Source of the DNA: a virus
IMG/VR virus record: IMGVR_UViG_3300026097_001210
Location: 13,010 to 77,009 of that record
Length of the DNA stretch: 64,000 nucleotides
Direction: 5' to 3' (one strand)
In this document: in pieces, positions 59,929-64,000 of the stretch
Position numbering within the stretch: the first letter of the stretch is position 1
How the letters are laid out: each line of letters begins with the position of its first letter
The notes under the pieces: generated by a model
Databases searched by the model: none
Told to the model about the DNA's origin: nothing
Seen by the model: only the letters and a program-made list of their open reading frames with translations
Made by a program: the position numbers and the translations under genes

Positions 59929-60142
59929 AATTGAAGAAGAATTACAGCAAATGCGTAAACGCCGCGATGTAATCAAGGCTGATATTAAAAAGTTTGCTTT
60001 AGAATTAAGTGCAACGTCCCAAGTGGCATTAATAGCAGAAATGGCAAGGATTGAGCTTCACATTAAAGATATTGAGGACGAACTTGCTGACATGAAGTTT
60101 AAGAGTATTGTGAATGATTATTTTAAAGAAGACGGGCGTTAA
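59921..60142 (+). CDS. Coiled-coil hypothetical protein
   Basis: GTG 59921 after AAGGAG. Confidence 0.5.
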   Translation: MDRIEEELQQMRKRRDVIKADIKKFALELSATSQVALIAEMARIELHIKDIEDELADMKFKSIVNDYFKEDGR

Positions 60143-60198
60143 GCTCGGCGCAAAAATAATATTTAAAGTTCGGCGGTAAATAGAGATGAAGCACACTA

Positions 60199-60227
60199 TT
60201 GACAATTGTACGTGCTGGATATATACT
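60199..60227 (+). promoter_or_regulatory. SigA-type promoter
   Basis: TTGACA-17-TATACT. Confidence 0.7.
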
Positions 60228-60250
60228 TATCTTACACTGTCTAAAACTAT

Positions 60251-60493
60251 TTGCACGAACTGTCTGAAAGGTGGATGTATTTGTTTAAATGGATAAGAAG
60301 GCGTATGTCTAAATCGTATAAAGAGTTGTGGTTTATGGTTTTTGGTTTTGATGAGTATCGCAGTGGTTTGTTGTATCGTTATGAACGTTATAAGGCACGT
60401 GTTGAAGCGTTGGATACAACGGTTGACGTGCTACGTAAACGTGTTGCAAAGTTGGAGAAGGATTTGGAGAGGGTGAAAGATGGAAGCAGATAG
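60251..60493 (+). CDS. Coiled-coil hypothetical protein
   Basis: ORF; start uncertain. Confidence 0.45.
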   Translation: MHELSERWMYLFKWIRRRMSKSYKELWFMVFGFDEYRSGLLYRYERYKARVEALDTTVDVLRKRVAKLEKDLERVKDGSR

Positions 60494-60584
60494 TACAGCG
60501 TGGCATTTTCTTGGTCCTTGGACGGGGTATTATATTGGAGCTGTAGCAGCATTATTGGTGTTATGGATAAATAAAAAAATATGA
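60480..60584 (+). CDS. Single-TM micro-protein (34 aa, not in the ORF track)
   Basis: MEADSTAWHFLGPWTGYYIGAVAALLVLWINKKI; ATGA coupling to the EIIA gene. Confidence 0.5.
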   Translation: MEADSTAWHFLGPWTGYYIGAVAALLVLWINKKI

Positions 60585-61021
60585 GCATTGACGATATGTT
60601 AAATACACATTTGCTTCGTAATGTTCGTGTTGTGGATGTGTTGTTGGATTATGAGTTTAATGATTCTGATGAGGTTATTACTGCTTGTGGTGATTTGCTT
60701 GAGTTAGACAATAGTCTTATTCGTTCTTTGTTTAGTAGGCATAATCGTATTGGATCTTCGGTGGGGGATGAGTTTGCTATTGTTCATATTGATAAAGATA
60801 TGAGAGATAAGATAAATAATAATAAGATTGTTTTTATTCGCCTAGCCAATTCGATACCTTGGGATAATAGCATGGTTAAATGTGTTGTTGGTGTGTGTTC
60901 TACAAATAAAGATCATTCTGAAGTGATGGCTGGTATTGCGAGGGTACTGTTGAATTCTCACAATCGTGCTTTTTTAAAAATGTCTAAGGATAAAGAAGAA
61001 ATAGTGGAGATGTTTTTGTAA
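60581..61021 (+). CDS. PTS EIIA (mannitol/fructose-type) domain protein
   Basis: R....SSVGDEFAIVH (cf. RE...T.LG..IA.PH), IVFIRL...IPW, H.EV...IA..L. Confidence 0.7.
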   Translation: MSIDDMLNTHLLRNVRVVDVLLDYEFNDSDEVITACGDLLELDNSLIRSLFSRHNRIGSSVGDEFAIVHIDKDMRDKINNNKIVFIRLANSIPWDNSMVKCVVGVCSTNKDHSEVMAGIARVLLNSHNRAFLKMSKDKEEIVEMFL

Positions 61022-61023
61022 TA

Positions 61024-61353
61024 ATGGTGTGTAGGATTTGTAAAGAGTCTAAAGAGTCTGCTGATATGGTGATTAACCATACTACACCTGTGAAAGTGCA
61101 CTATAAGGATATTTGTAAAAAATGTGCGGGTATTAAGTCAAGACTTGTAAATAAACTAAGGAAAGATAATCCTTACCCTGATGATAATCATGTATGCCCT
61201 ATATGTTTAAAACAGGCTAACAAGTATTATTTAGATCATGATTGGACTACTGGAGCATTCAGAGGATGGTTGTGTAATGGATGCAACATTGCTTTGGGGT
61301 TGTTGAAAGATGATGCTAGTATTTTAAATAGGGCTATTGATTATTTGGATTAA
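61024..61353 (+). CDS. Endonuclease VII-family nuclease
   Basis: CPIC...LDHD..TG..RGWLC..CN..LG...DD. Confidence 0.85.
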   Translation: MVCRICKESKESADMVINHTTPVKVHYKDICKKCAGIKSRLVNKLRKDNPYPDDNHVCPICLKQANKYYLDHDWTTGAFRGWLCNGCNIALGLLKDDASILNRAIDYLD

Positions 61354-61466
61354 TTTTTTGCGGGGTATCAAGGGTGTGCCCCATTACCTATATAACAATA
61401 AACCTATATAAGAACATATAAACCTAATAGCCTGTAAGCCCAATAGCCCAGTATGCCAATACTTCG

Positions 61467-61541
61467 CTACCCGCCGAATAAAACCTTAGCTAATCCATAG
61501 GCAATAAGAAAGAATGCTGAGACAATAAAATACTTTTCCAT
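61467..61541 (-). CDS. Single-TM micro-peptide (24 aa)
   Basis: MEKYFIVSAFFLIAYGLAKVLFGG; TATAAT 6 nt upstream. Confidence 0.45.
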   Translation of the reverse strand: MEKYFIVSAFFLIAYGLAKVLFGG

Positions 61542-61664
61542 TACTCTATTATACTATTGGATCAAAACAACTCACGATTTTAAAGACTCCTTCGTAATGA
61601 AATTTTGTCTGAGTACGGAGACATTATATAAATGTCTTAGTACGACTACACGATACCCCCACAT

Positions 61665-61695
61665 TTATCCACAGATTTATCCACAATGTGGAAAA
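61665..61695. promoter_or_regulatory. DnaA-box cluster
   Basis: TTATCCACA at 61665 and 61677; inverted TTTTCCACA at 61687-61695. Confidence 0.65.
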
Positions 61696-62064
61696 AAGAT
61701 GTTACCAGATATGGTGGTTCTGAGTGGAGCAAAGTGGAGAGAAATGGAATATGGGTGATGGGCGACCCTTCGTAGCACCGTAATGCTTTATTTTATTTAA
61801 CATATCGCCTATAGGGGGATAGCGGATTATGTTCTATCACGCATATTCTATCAAAATGTATAGGGTATTGTCTTATATAGGGGGATAATGTGTGTGTTTA
61901 AGCAGATTTTATACCCTCGAAAATCATTAAAAATTAAATAAAAACAAATAAAAATCAGGGAAAATAAAGAAAAATAATCAAAACCCTTTGATAAACATCC
62001 ATATAGCTATACCTATAGTAAATGCTATATATAGGAGTATTTCTGCTATCAATTGATTCCCCGC

Positions 62065-62133
62065 TTATTTTACACTAAGGTATGCTAACACCCAACATAC
62101 CGTAATAACAGATAATATAATTAAAAGATCCAC
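62065..62133 (-). CDS. Single-TM micro-peptide (22 aa)
   Basis: MDLLIILSVITVCWVLAYLSVK; GTG and AAGGA lie inside repeat copy 2. Confidence 0.35.
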   Translation of the reverse strand: MDLLIILSVITVCWVLAYLSVK

Positions 62134-62161
62134 GATTTCAAATGTTCCTTCGTAATAATGT

Positions 62162-62428
62162 TTAACCAACTAATAAATCATCTAGTGATTCAAAGCCGGT
62201 ATCCTCTTTAATGTCTAATGATGCTAGTAATAGAGTAAATGTTTCTTGGATGAATGTTTTACCCCGTTCATTCGCGGTAGCCATTTCTTCTGACAATGCA
62301 AAAGCTAATGGCAGCCCAATATCATTATACTCAATAAAGTCTTTGAATTCAAGATCTGTCTTATAGTTCATCCATAGATCAGATAGTATTTCACACTTTG
62401 TTTCAAATGGTGTTTCTTTTTCTTCCAT
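62162..62428 (-). CDS. Acidic hypothetical protein, paralog 1
   Basis: NDIGLPLA motif; GAGGGG RBS. Confidence 0.65.
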   Translation of the reverse strand: MEEKETPFETKCEILSDLWMNYKTDLEFKDFIEYNDIGLPLAFALSEEMATANERGKTFIQETFTLLLASLDIKEDTGFESLDDLLVG

Positions 62429-62509
62429 TACATACCCCTCAAACTTTCCACGATTTTTATATGTTCATCGTAATAGATTTAATTATATAGTTTAAAATAG
62501 TCCGGGGTA

Positions 62510-62581
62510 TTAGGATCGAACAAACACATACATACTAGCAATAACAAATACTAATGCAATAGCAGCAAATACAATATCCAT
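62510..62581 (-). CDS. Single-TM micro-peptide (23 aa)
   Basis: MDIVFAAIALVFVIASMYVFVRS; AAGGGGG RBS. Confidence 0.5.
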   Translation of the reverse strand: MDIVFAAIALVFVIASMYVFVRS

Positions 62582-62685
62582 AAATACCCCCTTTGATCTT
62601 ATCATAAAACACTCACGATTTCAAAACACTCATCGTAATAGATTTAAAATAGTATATCGTAAAAATGTTTCCTGAATGTTTCATG

Positions 62686-62722
62686 TGAGGTCCGGGCCTC
62701 ATCGGGGAGTTTGCCCCCCGAT
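62686..62722 (-). terminator. Tandem GC-rich hairpins
   Basis: TGAGG/CCTCA and ATCGGGG/CCCCGAT just 3' of 62728..63003; weak U-tract. Confidence 0.4.
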
Positions 62723-62727
62723 AAGAT

Positions 62728-63003
62728 TTATTCCACTAAAGATACTTCTAGGTCGTCCAAGCCAGAGAATCCGCTGTCCTCAACCTCTATCCATTTGAGA
62801 AGTTCTTGGAATGAAACATTTATAGCCTCACGACCTTCTGGCGAAAAGTCTGTGGCAAAGTTGTGGTGCAATAGCCAAGCAAGGGGCAAGCCAATATCGT
62901 TTTGTCGAACAAACTCTAAAAAAGACTCCTCTTCACCAAACTCATCAAGAAACTCGGCAAGTATTTCCACCCTAGTATCAAAAGTCGTCGTCATCGTCCT
63001 CAT
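62728..63003 (-). CDS. Acidic hypothetical protein, paralog 2
   Basis: NDIGLPLA...GF..LDDL shared with 62162..62428. Confidence 0.65.
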   Translation of the reverse strand: MRTMTTTFDTRVEILAEFLDEFGEEESFLEFVRQNDIGLPLAWLLHHNFATDFSPEGREAINVSFQELLKWIEVEDSGFSGLDDLEVSLVE

Positions 63004-63211
63004 ACTTTCTTCCCGTGATAATATCGTGTAACCATTCTAACCTATGTTGCTTTTCCTGTTTAGCAGACTCTACTAGTAACTCGAACTTTTCCCATACCTC
63101 TGCCCTCGACTGTTGGGCAAGGTATCTTCCCACGAGATATGGGTCAGTCCGAATGTCCGATAGAGAGTCATAGATTTTCATAGCAATCGCTTCTTCTCTA
63201 CTGCTTTTCAT
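62978..63211 (-). CDS. Hypothetical protein
   Basis: GGGAG RBS; TATAAT upstream. Confidence 0.55.
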   Translation of the reverse strand: MKSSREEAIAMKIYDSLSDIRTDPYLVGRYLAQQSRAEVWEKFELLVESAKQEKQHRLEWLHDIITGRKYEDDDDDF

Positions 63212-63237
63212 ATTCTCCCATTATACCGTTGTCGTGT

Positions 63238-63612
63238 CTAACTAGCAACCAATCCTGTCCAAGTGTCAACTATCTGCTCATATTCTGGCAGGGTATCAAA
63301 ATGGTCTAACAGCCTCTGTGGAATGTTTTCATAGGTGTGGAAGAATGTTTCCATATCAATAAAGAAATCGTCATCTTCGATATAGTCTCCACCTAGGTCA
63401 GTACCCCAGCCGAGTGTCAACTGTTTGGCCTCTTCTTCAGTGAGATAGAAATCATACTCCTGGAGCATTGTGCCTGCCCCATAGTGGATACCTACCTGTG
63501 GAATGGTGTAGAAATTAATCTTCCATCCCCCCGTTTGCTCGCCACTTGATTCCCAAGCTGTCTCGTCCCAGATGTTCATATCATAGTTATTAGTTTTAAA
63601 AGTATTAGACAT
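63238..63612 (-). CDS. Acidic hypothetical protein
   Basis: Start probably ATG 63612 (GGGAG RBS; overlaps the upstream stop). Confidence 0.55.
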   Translation of the reverse strand: MSNTFKTNNYDMNIWDETAWESSGEQTGGWKINFYTIPQVGIHYGAGTMLQEYDFYLTEEEAKQLTLGWGTDLGGDYIEDDDFFIDMETFFHTYENIPQRLLDHFDTLPEYEQIVDTWTGLVAS

Positions 63613-64000
63613 ATGCTCCCACTCCTCTGACTGCATATTCGGCAAGGTACTCATCTCGATTATATATGATAGAGGGTGTCAAGTCAATATACCCTCCAGC
63701 ATTGTCCCACTTTTCTTTATGAACACTAATAGTTTTATTAGCAAAGTTATAGACAGGAACATCATATCCATCACCTGTGGCAGATAGCTTATTGATTGAC
63801 ATGCCTACCCCAGTTTCTTTATCCCAGTCACGGTCAATGACTCTTGAAACAAAGATACGTGTGAAGTATGACTCATCACTATCACGGCCCATGGCGTGTG
63901 CTAAAGCATTAGCAACAATCTCATGCCTGTCCAATCCTCCCCAATGGAGATACAGGAAAATTGTATTGTTATCGGTATTACGAATTCCAACAGTTGCACG
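63605..64000 (-). CDS. Conserved phage protein (LYLHWGG motif), 5'-partial
   Basis: Frame is open to the window edge: RATVGIRNTDNNTIFLYLHWGGLDRHE... Confidence 0.6.
   Translation of the reverse strand, partial: RATVGIRNTDNNTIFLYLHWGGLDRHEIVANALAHAMGRDSDESYFTRIFVSRVIDRDWDKETGVGMSINKLSATGDGYDVPVYNFANKTISVHKEKWDNAGGYIDLTPSIIYNRDEYLAEYAVRGVGAYV

Larger units (their letters stand above)
61573..62639. repeat. Four dispersed copies of CACGATTT-N11-TCGTAAT (ACGA-N14-TCGT)
   Basis: Copies at 61573, 62131, 62449 and 62614 with identical internal spacing. Confidence 0.85.

Noticed and set aside
61573-62639. The 26-bp repeats as a CRISPR array
   Set aside because: Spacing is irregular (558, 318 and 165 bp), the centres are degenerate, and the intervals contain ORFs

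Overview
A 64 kb, AT-rich segment of a large tailed (siphovirus-like) dsDNA phage. WhiB, class Ib nrdI/E/F/H, DnaE, an r1t-like holin and widespread leaderless promoter geometry point to an actinobacterial host. Gene order: neck and tail module with a 2900-aa tape measure protein (1-21 kb); replication and recombination (DnaB, primase, SSB, DnaE, MazG, RecA, Cas4-like, RuvC; 21-33 kb); IMPDH, terminase and class Ib RNR (33-41 kb); a tRNA cluster interleaved with HNH nucleases, then ThyX and NrdH (41-45 kb); lysis (46-47.5 kb); accessory genes (WhiB, deaminase, DenV-like glycosylase, SNase, Hsp20, two glycosyltransferases, ATP-grasp, PTS EIIA); and a convergent, mostly non-coding zone at 61.3-62.7 kb. 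The best non-obvious signals are: (1) a separately promoted tRNA-Ile(UAU)-like RNA with no D-arm and a rearranged fold; (2) a ROSE-like RNA thermometer before hsp20, followed by an unexplained, separately promoted 73-nt structured RNA; (3) perfect DnaA boxes beside four copies of an ACGA-N14-TCGT motif, each placed at the 5' end of a micro-gene, three of which encode single-TM peptides; (4) tail chaperones G and GT apparently encoded as two paralogous genes rather than by frameshift; (5) an HNH-like motif inside the tape measure protein; (6) a phage PTS EIIA. All protein calls are by-eye motif recognition plus synteny; no database search was run.
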